Origin: Nitrosopumilaceae archaeon
GTDB taxonomy: Archaea > Thermoproteota > Nitrososphaeria > Nitrososphaerales > Nitrosopumilaceae
Assembly (NCBI GenBank): GCA_965207375.1
Contig: OZ242274.1
Location: 1,824,001 to 1,888,000 of the forward strand
Length of the DNA: 64,000 bases
Reading direction: 5' to 3'
The position numbers and the translations under genes are program-made. Positions 1 through 9,793 of the stretch are shown here, in pieces. Each line of letters opens with the position of its first letter. Position 1 is the first letter of the stretch. The notes under the pieces are model-generated. The model made no database searches, was not told the DNA's origin, and worked only from the letters and a program-made list of their open reading frames with translations.

Positions 1-42
1 AAATTTGATCGTAAATGGTCAAAATCTAGGCACGACGTAAAC

Positions 43-660
43 ACTTACCAGAATTGATAACTGATGCCCTGCCCTTATATGCACAGACATTTGAATCAAC
101 ATATGCTGCATCAAATTCACTACATCAACATTGCACACACATAGCAAATGCAGGTATCGCCAAAAAGAACAACAACGTCCAGGAAAGATTCAACTGAACA
201 TTACGTGATATACAACGGCCCAGACGCGGCATTAAAAGTAAAAACTCTAATATTTCCAAGATGTGATATTTATTACAATTTCATGCGGTGACACTTGAAT
301 CTTGGAGACAAGACACCTGCAGAGGCTGCAGGTATAACTATACACGGACAAAAATGGTGGACCGTAATATCAAACGCTGCATTATACGTACAATAAACTC
401 CAAAGTTACATGTGATGAAATAATGACAACTCGGAGAAGATTATGTTCTGCTAGTGTGATTACTCTGCTGGTACAGGCAGAAATCTAGGCACGGGCAATT
501 CGGAGAAAATTTGTAACTGTTCGGTCTCTGGAAGTTCAGACACGAAATAACAACAAAAATAATTGATTTCATGCACAATACAGGCATGAAGCTTCCACAG
601 ACAGATCAGTTACGAAAATTTGCATATTGATGTTTTACCAACAATTAACGCTGGAGAATC
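43..660 (+). mobile_element. Degenerate, 5'-truncated copy of the SWIM-IS6-like element (transposase 3' end plus right TIR)
   Basis: 43-400 aligns with 21150-21507 but has an in-frame TGA (aac tga vs aac ggg). The right end ccaacaattaacgctggagaatc (to 660) is the exact reverse complement of the left TIR at 19945. Confidence 0.9.
513..613. mobile_element. 101-bp MITE with GTAAC termini, nested in the IS TIR
   Basis: Left TIR gtaactgttcggtctctggaag; right TIR reverse complement gtaactgatctgtctgtggaag. 8-bp duplication gaaaattt at 505-512 and 614-621; the site is single-copy in the intact TIR at ~21702. Confidence 0.85.
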
Positions 661-692
661 ACTAGGTGAACAAGTACTAATGCTGAAGAATC

Positions 693-780
693 TATACTTT
701 GTAGACTTTTTGTACGAGAGCTAGGCGTGAAATTTGTATACTTTGTAGACTTTTTGTACGAGAGCTAGGCGTGAAATTTG
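693..780. repeat. Perfect tandem duplication, 44 bp x2
   Basis: tatactttgtagactttttgtacgagagctaggcgtgaaatttg at 693-736 and 737-780. Confidence 0.95.
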
Positions 781-790
781 TAAATCCACC

Positions 791-1983
791 TCAGGAATCA
801 TTTTCAAATTGAATTCGATCAAGATATTTCTGGAATAATGGCATTGAGAAACGATAGTATCCACGTTGTGGTCTGTAGATGAGACCTTTCTCCTCCAAGC
901 GTTTCAGATGAGTAGTGGCAGGACCTTTGTCTAGGTGTGCAGTAGCACATATGGAAGAAAAGTTAGCTTCTTCCTCGGACATGGTGACCATTGCATACAA
1001 CATTTTCTTTTGATTGCTAAGGGATTCCATGCGCTGGGCAAAAAAATCAAAACCAAGTTTTTCCATAATTTTATCCTTCACGGCGTTATAGTCATCTAAG
1101 TCCAAGTGCGATTTGTCGGTTCTCTCAATTATCTCACTAGAGAAAAATTGGATAAAGTACGGATATCTGTCTGCATCATCCACTATTGCAGATACTAGTT
1201 GTCAGAAAAGCTACGATGCGTTGTCCTGATAGGTTCCAAAATGGCATTTTTTGCATCGTTTTCATGCAGATTGGAGATTGGTATGACGGTGAACATTCTC
1301 TCAGAATACGAACGGGATTCTTTGACATTGCGTAACATTGGAGGTAGGCCACATAGGACGAGTGAATACCTGTATCCCTTCATCTGCAAGGTGTTAAATG
1401 TGCCAATGAGATCTGCAAGTACATACCACTTGTTTACTTTTACGTCTCTTATTGCATGAAATTCATCCAAAAGAAAAACGACTCCATTGAGATTGCATTT
1501 CTTCAACGTTTCCCATGCTTTGATCAGATAATCCTCCATCTGATCCTCAATGGGAGCATCTGCATGTGAATCATATGCAGGTTGATATGATATTATTCCA
1601 GGAATCTCTACATTTTTTGGCCTTACATATCTTCCAATGGTTTTTATTTTCTTCCTTGTTTTGTCCAGTCTTGAAGATGCCTCAATTGCTCGGTCTACAT
1701 CGTGTTGAATTGTCTTTACAAACACATCAGGATCCGAATATTTGGGGCTGAACTGTAATCTCATTATAGGAAGAAATTCATGGTCCATACACATATTGGC
1801 AAATCTATTCAAAAGAACTGTCTTTCCTACACCGCGAAGGCCATGTATCAATATGTTCTCAACTTTGCCTGCCTTGATACGTTACAACATATGCAAAAAT
1901 GTATCAAGTTCTGAGTTTCTGCCAGCTAGGCATGGCGGTTCCAAACCAGAACCTGGCGTGAATGGATTATTATGATCAGACAC
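791..1983 (-). pseudogene. AAA/STAND-like ATPase with C-terminal winged helix, disrupted
   Basis: N-terminal NPFTPGSGLEPPCLAGR, Walker A GLRGVGKT, Walker B FLLDEFH, GYPY-like motif (DRYPYFIQ) and a wHTH tail. Premature TAA at ~1882 and a frameshift near 1197 separate ORFs 1195..1851 and 791..1183. Confidence 0.8.
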
Positions 1984-2152
1984 GCATGTACCACTATACA
2001 ATTCGCTATAAACATAGTTGAAAATATGTAGCTAGAATTACTTGTCTGATTTTTTGATTTGCGGCTAGTCACAGCAGATACTACTCTTTCAAAGATATCA
2101 CGTATCATCTGCCGAAATCTTGTGGTTTGTCGTGACACTACAAGTACACTCG

Positions 2153-2266
2153 CAGTTAACCTACAGGCAACGTAGAATCCACTACAATGTTTCGGTGGAT
2201 CTTTGGATTGATCTGAGGTTCGAACATCATTGCAGTTTTAAACTCAAGTGGAGTAGATGTGATTCC
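2153..2266. repeat. Dispersed repeat, copy 1 (homologous to 21885-21998)
   Basis: Shared blocks cagttaacc, ggattgatctga, ttcgaaca, ttttaaactcaagtg. Confidence 0.75.
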
Positions 2267-2431
2267 AGTACGATTTGGATCTTTTGATCTGGCGTAAACT
2301 TGATTTTCATAGTGTATTTCTCCAGTTATCTGACTTAAGGTGTATGAAAGCAAGTGTTCCTATTCTGACTGGGTCCTCACCAAATCATATACAGAATCAA
2401 AATTTAAAGTAGGAAAAACTGGCAATTATTT

Positions 2432-3490
2432 TTATGATCTTTTCTCAAGCCAATCTCCCAGCTCTGGGAGGACCGTCTTTTGTGAAAATGAGCTTGCAAT
2501 CATGCCTACGTGTCCTGTAGGGTATATTCGAAGTGTCTTATCCTTACTTCCTACGGCATAATGAAGCGGCATACTGCATTCAGGGGAGACCAAATGATCT
2601 CCTACTGCCACCTGTGTGAAAATAGGCATGTCGATTTTTTCTAGTGAAACGTGCTTGTTGCCCACATACATTTTATTTTGAACAAGCAGATTATCCTGAT
2701 AGATATCTTTTATCCATTGTCTAAAAAGCTCACCTGGAATCGGCGGGGTTTGTGCCAGCCATTTTTCTACTCTGAGAAAATTATCTACAAATTTTTCATT
2801 ATGAATATTGTTAAAAAATTTAATGTATTTTTCAATTCCTTGCTCAAATGGTTTTAGGATGGAAAAACAGTAATACATGAATTCAGGTGGCATGTTTCCT
2901 ATAGTCTCGACCATTTTGTCAACATCGATGTGTTTTGCAAGATTACTTACTACAGTTGTGTCTTTCCAGCCATCAATTACAGGTGCTGTAACTATTAGAT
3001 TTTTGACATTTTCTGGATGTAGTGCAGAATATGCTACAGCCATTGTGCCACCGGTACAATATCCATGAAGGGATACATTTTCTACATTTGATTCATTTTT
3101 TGCAAATTCTATACAGTTGTCCAAATATCCATTGATATAGTCATCAAAATCCAAATATTTGTCAATATTAGAAGGCATTCCCCAATCCACCAAATAGACA
3201 TCAAATCCTTGCTCTAGTAGACTTCGAACCCAGCTTTTTTTAGGATGAATATCTAAAATGTGATACCTGTTGACTATAGCATATGAGATTACTACCGGTG
3301 TTGCAATTTGTTTTTTTGTAAGCGGCTTGTAATGTAATAGTTTTACCTTGTCTTCTTTATAGGATACATCATGTTTGGTTGTTTCCAAGTTGATTTCGTT
3401 TGGTGCAGAGACAAAATTTGGAGCTTGAACTACGTTTTTTGAGAATTTTAAAATTTCACTTACAACTTTTGCGTCAATTTGACTTTGCAT
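2432..3490 (-). CDS. phaC: Class III poly(3-hydroxyalkanoate) synthase subunit PhaC
   Basis: Lipase-box GYCTGG, YAIVNRYHILD, DHLV and GHVG catalytic motifs; adjacent to phaE. Confidence 0.93.
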   Translation of the reverse strand: MQSQIDAKVVSEILKFSKNVVQAPNFVSAPNEINLETTKHDVSYKEDKVKLLHYKPLTKKQIATPVVISYAIVNRYHILDIHPKKSWVRSLLEQGFDVYLVDWGMPSNIDKYLDFDDYINGYLDNCIEFAKNESNVENVSLHGYCTGGTMAVAYSALHPENVKNLIVTAPVIDGWKDTTVVSNLAKHIDVDKMVETIGNMPPEFMYYCFSILKPFEQGIEKYIKFFNNIHNEKFVDNFLRVEKWLAQTPPIPGELFRQWIKDIYQDNLLVQNKMYVGNKHVSLEKIDMPIFTQVAVGDHLVSPECSMPLHYAVGSKDKTLRIYPTGHVGMIASSFSQKTVLPELGDWLEKRS

Positions 3491-4055
3491 TATTTTTTCT
3501 CCTTTGTGAGGTTTGTCTCTCTAATTTTGAAATTCTTTTTCTCAATACATGTAGTTCTTTGTAAACCTCATCTATCTCTTTCTTGTTTGGAAGATTTGCA
3601 GATTGTAAAATTACATTCATGATATTATTCCAATGTTTGGTCAGTTCTAATTCTTTTGATACGAGTTTTCCATAGTTTTCTCCGAATCTTTTTGAATCAA
3701 ATAGTTCTGTAAAATCATTATCAAAGATATCAATCCATATTCTTTTGTATGCTTCAAACTGTTCAACATCTTTGGGAAGATCTGGTGCTTTTAGATTGAC
3801 TTTTTTTTGTGCTTCACTCCATGTTTCTACTAGTTGCTTGTAATATTCCATCAATGCATCGTTGAATTTCAACAGATCCTCGTTTGCATCCAACAATTCA
3901 CTTGTGATTTTTTTTGCATTTGTCGCAAAATTTCTCATTGGCCCAACAGAGGTTAACGACTGTGGTTTACTTGACATTAGATGGATTAGATCATTCCAAA
4001 ATACAGACATGTGCCGGTAATAGTCCTTCATTTTCTGATCATCTTCTACAGTCAT
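3474..4055 (-). CDS. phaE: PHA synthase subunit PhaE
   Basis: C-terminal NLPNKKEIDEVYKELHVLRKRI motif; overlaps and precedes phaC. Confidence 0.85.
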   Translation of the reverse strand: MTVEDDQKMKDYYRHMSVFWNDLIHLMSSKPQSLTSVGPMRNFATNAKKITSELLDANEDLLKFNDALMEYYKQLVETWSEAQKKVNLKAPDLPKDVEQFEAYKRIWIDIFDNDFTELFDSKRFGENYGKLVSKELELTKHWNNIMNVILQSANLPNKKEIDEVYKELHVLRKRISKLERQTSQRRKNNAKSN

Positions 4056-4409
4056 GCATATTCATGTAGGCGATCTCAATAAATAGATCGCGGTTATCAG
4101 CATCTCTTGTATTCTAAAAACTGACACGACAAGACAATACTTGCATGCACAGTTTAGATAATGACTGGTAATCGGATGCTCTACAGAGGTTGTGCTCTAT
4201 TTTGAGTTTTAGTTGAGAAGATTTGAACTAGTTTGATTTTCTTTTGATTTGTTGTGTATGGTATGAATCCAAAAAAATTATCATCAAAGAACTTTATCAA
4301 TGAATGTAGATCAAATTTGCTCAGATTAGACTAAATGGCACATATCGAGGTAGAACATAATCTGAAATTTAAAATCATTTAAAAAGAGCTTTTCGTGTCT
4401 TGGTTTTGT

Positions 4410-4568
4410 ATGGCACCACACAAATCCGCTCCAAGAAAGATTCGTTTGATGAAAAAAATAAAACAAACATCTCCGGTGCCAGCTTGGGTTATTCTTAAAA
4501 CTAAACGTGGAGTTCGTACAAATCCTAAACGTAGAGCTTGGAGAAGTACAGCTGTGGAGGTAGGATAG
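4410..4568 (+). CDS. rpl39e: 50S ribosomal protein L39e
   Basis: Manual translation MAPHKSAPRKIRLMKKIKQTSPVPAWVILKTKRGVRTNPKRRAWRSTAVEVG; lies directly upstream of L31e; below the ORF-track size cutoff. Confidence 0.92.
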   Translation: MAPHKSAPRKIRLMKKIKQTSPVPAWVILKTKRGVRTNPKRRAWRSTAVEVG

Positions 4569-5090
4569 TTGTCACAAGAGCCAGAACGCGTTTATACAAT
4601 TAATCTAGGCAAAGTATTGCTTTCTCAATCTCAACACAGAGCTGTTCGAGCAATTAACATGATTAGAGAATTTGCTCGCCACCATATGAAAACAGAAAAC
4701 ATCAAGATTGAAGAAGATGTTGCACACCAAATTTGGTCTAGAGGAGTTCGTAGCCCTCCAAGAAAAATCAGAGTCAGAATGTCCAGAACAGATGATGGAT
4801 CTATTTTAGTTTCTAGATATGAAGAGAGTACAGAAGAAATTATTGCAGAACCAGAAAAGTCAGCAGAGACAGTTGTAGAACCAGAGCAGGTAACAGATAC
4901 AAAGTCAGCAGAGACTGTAGTAGAACCAGAGCAGGTAACAGATACAAAGTCAGCAGAGACTGTAGTAGAACCAGAGCAGGTAACAGATACAAAGTCAGCA
5001 GAGACTGTAGTAGAACCAGAGCAGGTAACAGATACAAAGTCAGCAGAGACTGTAGTAGAAAAATCAGACGATGAGACTAAAAAGGAATAA
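4569..5090 (+). CDS. rpl31e: 50S ribosomal protein L31e with acidic repeat tail
   Basis: ERVYTINL, RAVRAINMIREF, IWSRGVRSPPRKIRV motifs. Confidence 0.93.
   Translation: MSQEPERVYTINLGKVLLSQSQHRAVRAINMIREFARHHMKTENIKIEEDVAHQIWSRGVRSPPRKIRVRMSRTDDGSILVSRYEESTEEIIAEPEKSAETVVEPEQVTDTKSAETVVEPEQVTDTKSAETVVEPEQVTDTKSAETVVEPEQVTDTKSAETVVEKSDDETKKE
4856..5060 (+). repeat. 45-bp coding tandem repeat, ~4.5 copies (KSAETVVEPEQVTDT)
   Basis: Near-identical units starting at 4856, 4901, 4946, 4991 and 5036. Confidence 0.95.
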
Positions 5091-5152
5091 ACAGAAATTA
5101 TAAAGTGCTAAATTAATTTAAAAATAAAAGTGTTAACGTGGTTTTTACGTCT

Positions 5153-5826
5153 CTAGAGGTATTTTACAATCTGTACCAGATAATTTAGTCTGGCATTTCT
5201 CCACGTCATCACACATGAAAACAGATTACTCAGTGTCTCCATGCTTTTTTCGGATCTGATTCTGCCACGTATTTTTCTGTGTACAACAATCTCATGCAGT
5301 GCACGTTCTGCTGTATTGTTGGTAGGAGATATGGCAGTATCCAGTACAAACTTGAACAGGTTTGGCAGGGCTCGCCCCAGCTTTCCCACGAATCTTTTGA
5401 GATTATGCAATGGAGTGTATGTATCTATAATTCTCTTTACACGACGATGCAGATTGTGCCGTATTTTTTTTGCGCCGTTTATCCGAGATACGTGCAGTTA
5501 TGGTATTCTTTGCATCTTCATAGATTTTTTTTGAGAGCCTCTAGTGCACCCAGACATTTTTTACATCCGCATTTTTGTGTCTCATGGTGTATCTCGCGCA
5601 TGATGTGAGCCCAGCATCTTTGGATATCATATACGATGTACGGTTTGTGTCCGTCACAGATGATTGTTCCCTTCCAGTCAGTTCCCAGTATCTCTTCGAG
5701 TACGTCTCTTCTTCTGCTAGTCCGTACCACATACAGTGCAGTATCTGTACCTGAAATGTAAAATAGGCCAAAATCTACCCAAAAATGCAAAGAGAGCAAT
5801 AATGGCAGTGTAAGAATTTTGGTCAC
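5153..5826 (-). pseudogene. IS66-family transposase remnant
   Basis: GTIICDGHKPY, QRCWAHIMRE and PTNNTAERALHEIVVHRKIRG motifs split across frames; N-terminus missing. Confidence 0.85.
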
Positions 5827-5888
5827 AATTCGCTTAGCTGGATCAGTTCTCGATGTGTTACTACCATGCGATCTGTGACAGATGCGGA

Positions 5889-6302
5889 TTAAACAAGCCT
5901 GCCGCGACGCCTGAATTCATCTTCCACAGCATCATAAACCAAGCGGGCTTTGGATTCGACCACGACAGCATCTGCGTTTGTAGGTTCGGACCACGTACCA
6001 GGATATCTTGCCTCAATTGCCCATTCGGCTAGATCAGACAGATCGCTGTGAGCGTCACGCACTGCCCAGTCTTTTGGAAGCAGATTTTTCAAAACGTCCA
6101 AATCGTGTGTGTGCGGAAACGCAATACTTTCAAACACCAAGGCCGCCTTTAGAGCTTTTTCTGCGGACTGCTGACATAACCAGCAGGCATGATGAGGTGA
6201 AGGGTCTGGATCTCTCATTGCCTTTAATGCCATGGCAAGATCTTTTTTGGAGAACCTTAGCCATCGGAGAGCCATTGATGTGACAGGATCAGTGTTGTTC
6301 AT
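5889..6302 (-). CDS. HEPN-domain protein (MNT-HEPN toxin-antitoxin partner)
   Basis: ACWLCQQSAEKALKA, HTHDL and ARYPG motifs; overlaps the MNT gene. Confidence 0.88.
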   Translation of the reverse strand: MNNTDPVTSMALRWLRFSKKDLAMALKAMRDPDPSPHHACWLCQQSAEKALKAALVFESIAFPHTHDLDVLKNLLPKDWAVRDAHSDLSDLAEWAIEARYPGTWSEPTNADAVVVESKARLVYDAVEDEFRRRGRLV

Positions 6303-6606
6303 ATACTATCTTTCCTTCACGAAGCGCAGTATATGCTATAGTACCTACCACATTTCGTAGTCTTTCAACCTCGTCGGATGTGGAGACCACTATATCTTTG
6401 CTGACAGGCATGTCTTTGAGCAATCTTCTCATCTCAATTGCTACTTTGCGCTTGTCCGAAACGTCGTTCAGTATAACCAATAAATCAATGTCACTTGATT
6501 CGGTAGCATCACCGCGTGCCTGAGAGCCAAAGAGGAAGATCCGAAGTGGGTGGAATTGTCCTACGATACGATCAACCATAATAGAAATGGCATCAACGGT
6601 CGTCAT
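6289..6606 (-). CDS. Minimal nucleotidyltransferase (MNT)
   Basis: LFGSQARG...SDIDLLV motif. Confidence 0.9.
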   Translation of the reverse strand: MTTVDAISIMVDRIVGQFHPLRIFLFGSQARGDATESSDIDLLVILNDVSDKRKVAIEMRRLLKDMPVSKDIVVSTSDEVERLRNVVGTIAYTALREGKIVYEQH

Positions 6607-7190
6607 GTAATTTCATCCCCGCAGGTAACGGCTCTTGTTGTGCTGTGATCTCTCTTGCCATATGCAAAATCTTGGGCCAGCTCTGAACTAGTGTGTAGTT
6701 CTGTGCCTCTTTGGCGTATCTTTTTTTGCTCGCATATGTGGTAAAGACAATATGTCAACTCCCTTGCATATTCAGCCACGGAGCCAAGTCTTGCCATAAT
6801 TTTGGCCACATCCAACTTGCTCTTTTCAAGCAAACGCATCAGGCTATGTGTGGTATCCCATACGGTAAATTTTTTGTCTTTTTTTAGATCCCAGTCTATT
6901 GGTAACTCACTAGGCAAGAAGAGTCGTACCTTGCCAACACTTGTTTTCAATATTCCTGCCTTTTCCATACCTAATACACTAGTGTTCTTTGCCTTAGAAA
7001 GTGTTTTGGCCACTCAAGTCGCTACTGTCAAATTTGTATTGTTCAAACCATACCAGAGCCCAGCCGGTATCTGAATCAAACTCTCCTTCTTGTTCTGTCA
7101 ATATATTATCCAACGTTTGGGTGATAAGTGAAAGGGCATCACTCACAGATACCGCATTACCACTAGCGTCAAGCACCTTACGATATCAAG
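6603..7190 (-). pseudogene. C-terminal fragment of a DUF1156-type adenine DNA methylase
   Basis: ALSLITQTLDNILTEQEGEFDSDTGWALVWFEQY, then LSKAKNTSVLGMEKAGIL...GKVRL...WDTTH in another frame; 5' part absent. Confidence 0.7.
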
Positions 7191-7221
7191 TAAATATCGA
7201 CATATAGTCCTATTAGTATCT

Positions 7222-7310
7222 GTTAACGTTGTTTTGCATTTATGGTATTTTTAGACACAAAATTACTTTGTTATCAAAAAATAGAACAAAAATCTAGACC
7301 TGATGTTAAC
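7222..7310. repeat. Short dispersed MITE-like repeat with GTTAAC ends
   Basis: Homologous to ~44110-44184 (acgttgttttg...cacaaa...aaaaatctag); related right ends at 21-42 and 7425-7447; no TSD found. Confidence 0.55.
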
Positions 7311-7491
7311 ATTTACTCCTATTATTGCCTGCGCAAGATCTACGGGGACGATGTTGCAGGATTGCATCAGAATAAGTGCATGTGAAATTTGGGATAAGTT
7401 CATAATGTCATCAAAGAATAAAATAAAAATCTAGGTAAGACGTTAACAATTACAAATAAAATATTAAAATCAAATCTGGAATTAGATGCGT

Positions 7492-8439
7492 TTATTCTAG
7501 ATTATACATGGCAAGTTTGCAGTCATAGTTGCAATCTGGCAAATCCCAGTCCAAAGTATTCTCCATCGGAATATCACCTAAAGGGTCATAGCTGTCAAAT
7601 TTTGTTTGGCCTAAAACAGTTGAAAGCATAACTATACCAGATTCCTCAGTATCTGTCAAAGACATTCCTACAGATGTTGATTCACCCATAGACCCCTGTG
7701 TTAAACTAGAGATTGTTTTTATCATACCTATCGGAATATTGTTTCCACCTAGTACGTATATCATGGAACTTTTGATGCTGTTTGGTAAAGCATCATCATA
7801 CAGCATTTTTAGCGAATCACGAAATGAGGTCTCCACATCCTGATTGCCTTTGCTAGTAGACAGTATGTTGGTTTGAGAAGGAATTTGGTTTGATTTTATG
7901 GATTGGGCCATGTACAATATTGCAGAATTTGCAATTTCATAACATGATTTTACACTTAGATCAGGATTGCTTTGAAGCATGGCATCATTGTCTACAATAA
8001 CAGTACATGCAGAATCCTGCCTTACTCGCTTTAGTGACACGCCTGAAGCAAAAATCCTATCATTTTCATATCCAAACGGCATTACTGCAAAAGATATCAG
8101 ATTTTTTGAATTCTGACGGCATATTGAGGATACTATAGGGGCAATAGATGAGCCTGATTTGCCAGCCAAATTTGCCATCATAATTATGCTAGAATAACCC
8201 AAAATGCATTCCTTTAGTTTTTCTGCATGCTCTAATGCAAATCCCCGGATTACCTGAGATGATGGATTTATTATTGAATTTGTATCTATTTTGATTGATT
8301 TTTCCCCTTGCAAATCTTTGTTATCATTGCTTACAAGCAGACAATCTGCGCCTAGTGATTTTTTGGCCCTAGTTGCCAATTTTGAGCCCACACGCCCCAC
8401 TCCAATAACTAGTATTGGTTCTTGTAATTCAACAGTCAT
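7492..8439 (-). CDS. ftsZ: Thaumarchaeal FtsZ/tubulin-like GTPase
   Basis: LVIGVGRVG, degenerate signature LAGKSGS, AVMPFGYE, VIVDND. Confidence 0.8.
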   Translation of the reverse strand: MTVELQEPILVIGVGRVGSKLATRAKKSLGADCLLVSNDNKDLQGEKSIKIDTNSIINPSSQVIRGFALEHAEKLKECILGYSSIIMMANLAGKSGSSIAPIVSSICRQNSKNLISFAVMPFGYENDRIFASGVSLKRVRQDSACTVIVDNDAMLQSNPDLSVKSCYEIANSAILYMAQSIKSNQIPSQTNILSTSKGNQDVETSFRDSLKMLYDDALPNSIKSSMIYVLGGNNIPIGMIKTISSLTQGSMGESTSVGMSLTDTEESGIVMLSTVLGQTKFDSYDPLGDIPMENTLDWDLPDCNYDCKLAMYNLE

Positions 8440-8512
8440 TGTATAATGTATTTCATGAATTGAATAAAAAACCTTCTTACGTAGTTTTAATCAAATTTCT
8501 GATCTAAAAAAT

Positions 8513-9793
8513 TTAACTTACTATACTGCCGATCAGCGCATGCATGGTGGCATCAATTACCTGTACTGTACGATTTTGGCCGATCTCGATCTTTTCATCA
8601 ACAAAAATTGGCTTGTAGGCAAAGTTTCGGCCCCTTATCCCATCCTCTGTTTTTTCATCAAATAAGACTCTGCCTCTCCAGCCTACCCATCTCTGGTTAT
8701 TTTCCAAAGATATCTGGTTTGCTATATCTGCAATGATTCGACTCCTTCGTTTTACCTCCCCAACATCTACCTGTTTCCAGGTAGCAGCTTCTGTACCCGG
8801 TCTTTGACTATACCTAGAAAGATTCACAATGTCTGGCCTAGTCTCTTCTAAAAGACGCACAGTATCCTCAAAGTCTTGAGCAGTCTCTGTTGGAAAGCCC
8901 ACTATAACATCAGTTGAAACTGTAAATTGTGCAAATCTGTTTCGTATCTTGTGTACAATATCCCTAAATGTTTTCACAGTATGACCCCGCTTCATATCAT
9001 GTAACACCCTGTCGTTTCCTGCCTGGACTGGAACGTGGATGAACTTGTAGACTTTATCATTGCCATATGCATCAATTAAAGATTCTTTAATTCTTGGCAT
9101 GTACATAGGATTCATCATTCCCACTCTAATCATAAAGTCATCACCGATTTGTGCAACCGAATGTATCAGCTCAGGTAAATTCGTTCCAATGTCAAACCCG
9201 TAACAGCCATTATCAGTGGAGGTCAACCAAATTTCCTTGCAACCGTCTTGGATTTCATACCTAACCTGTCGTATGATGTCTCCCAATCTGTAACTTTGTA
9301 AATCCCCTTTGGATAATTTTGTCTGACAAAAAGTACACTCACTCATACATCCACTTGCAATTTCCACAATTCCTACCGCAGAATTTAGTCTGACCTTGGG
9401 CAATCCTAACTTTGATGTGTCTGTATCCTGTAACGCTACTATTTTGTTTCCATCCAATGTGGTGTTTATCACATCAAGGGTTTTTCCTATAGAATTAGGA
9501 CCCATCATACTTGCATTATCTGAGAATCTTTTTACAGTGTCAGGTTCTGCCTTTGGCAGACAGCCTGCAACAACTAGTGGTTTTGATTTCAAGGTCTTGA
9601 TTCTGTGAATCATTTTGTTGGCAGTGGCGTCTTTTACTGAACATGTTACCACCACACTCAAATCAGCATCATCAGGATTTTTGGCAATGCTATGGCCACC
9701 ATGTACGATTAGACCAGAAATCATCTCAGAATCTGCAAAACTAGCAGAACATCCGTATGCTTCTACCCAAATTTTTGCCATAATTTCATCCAA
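8513..9793 (-). CDS. tRNA t6A37 methylthiotransferase (archaeal MiaB-like/e-MtaB, radical SAM)
   Basis: YGCSASFADSE, CMSECTFC, VRVGMMNP-like motif, DVIVGFPTET, C-terminal TRAM region. Confidence 0.88.
   Translation of the reverse strand: MDEIMAKIWVEAYGCSASFADSEMISGLIVHGGHSIAKNPDDADLSVVVTCSVKDATANKMIHRIKTLKSKPLVVAGCLPKAEPDTVKRFSDNASMMGPNSIGKTLDVINTTLDGNKIVALQDTDTSKLGLPKVRLNSAVGIVEIASGCMSECTFCQTKLSKGDLQSYRLGDIIRQVRYEIQDGCKEIWLTSTDNGCYGFDIGTNLPELIHSVAQIGDDFMIRVGMMNPMYMPRIKESLIDAYGNDKVYKFIHVPVQAGNDRVLHDMKRGHTVKTFRDIVHKIRNRFAQFTVSTDVIVGFPTETAQDFEDTVRLLEETRPDIVNLSRYSQRPGTEAATWKQVDVGEVKRRSRIIADIANQISLENNQRWVGWRGRVLFDEKTEDGIRGRNFAYKPIFVDEKIEIGQNRTVQVIDATMHALIGSIVS

Noticed and set aside
2220-2230. 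gttcgaa resembling a tRNA T-loop (att site)
   Set aside because: No T-stem or acceptor stem, and the motif is not kept in the second copy of the repeat.
4840-5037. Repetitive Leu-rich minus-strand ORF
   Set aside because: It is the antisense shadow of the L31e 45-bp repeat; the same applies to 39773-39985 opposite alba.
5132-7447. Single composite transposon bounded by GTTAACG ends
   Set aside because: No matching target duplication for any pairing of the ends; kept only as a repeat-family observation.
7492-8439. Degenerate tubulin signature suggesting a pseudogene
   Set aside because: Divergent FtsZ is typical of Thaumarchaeota, and the ORF is intact.
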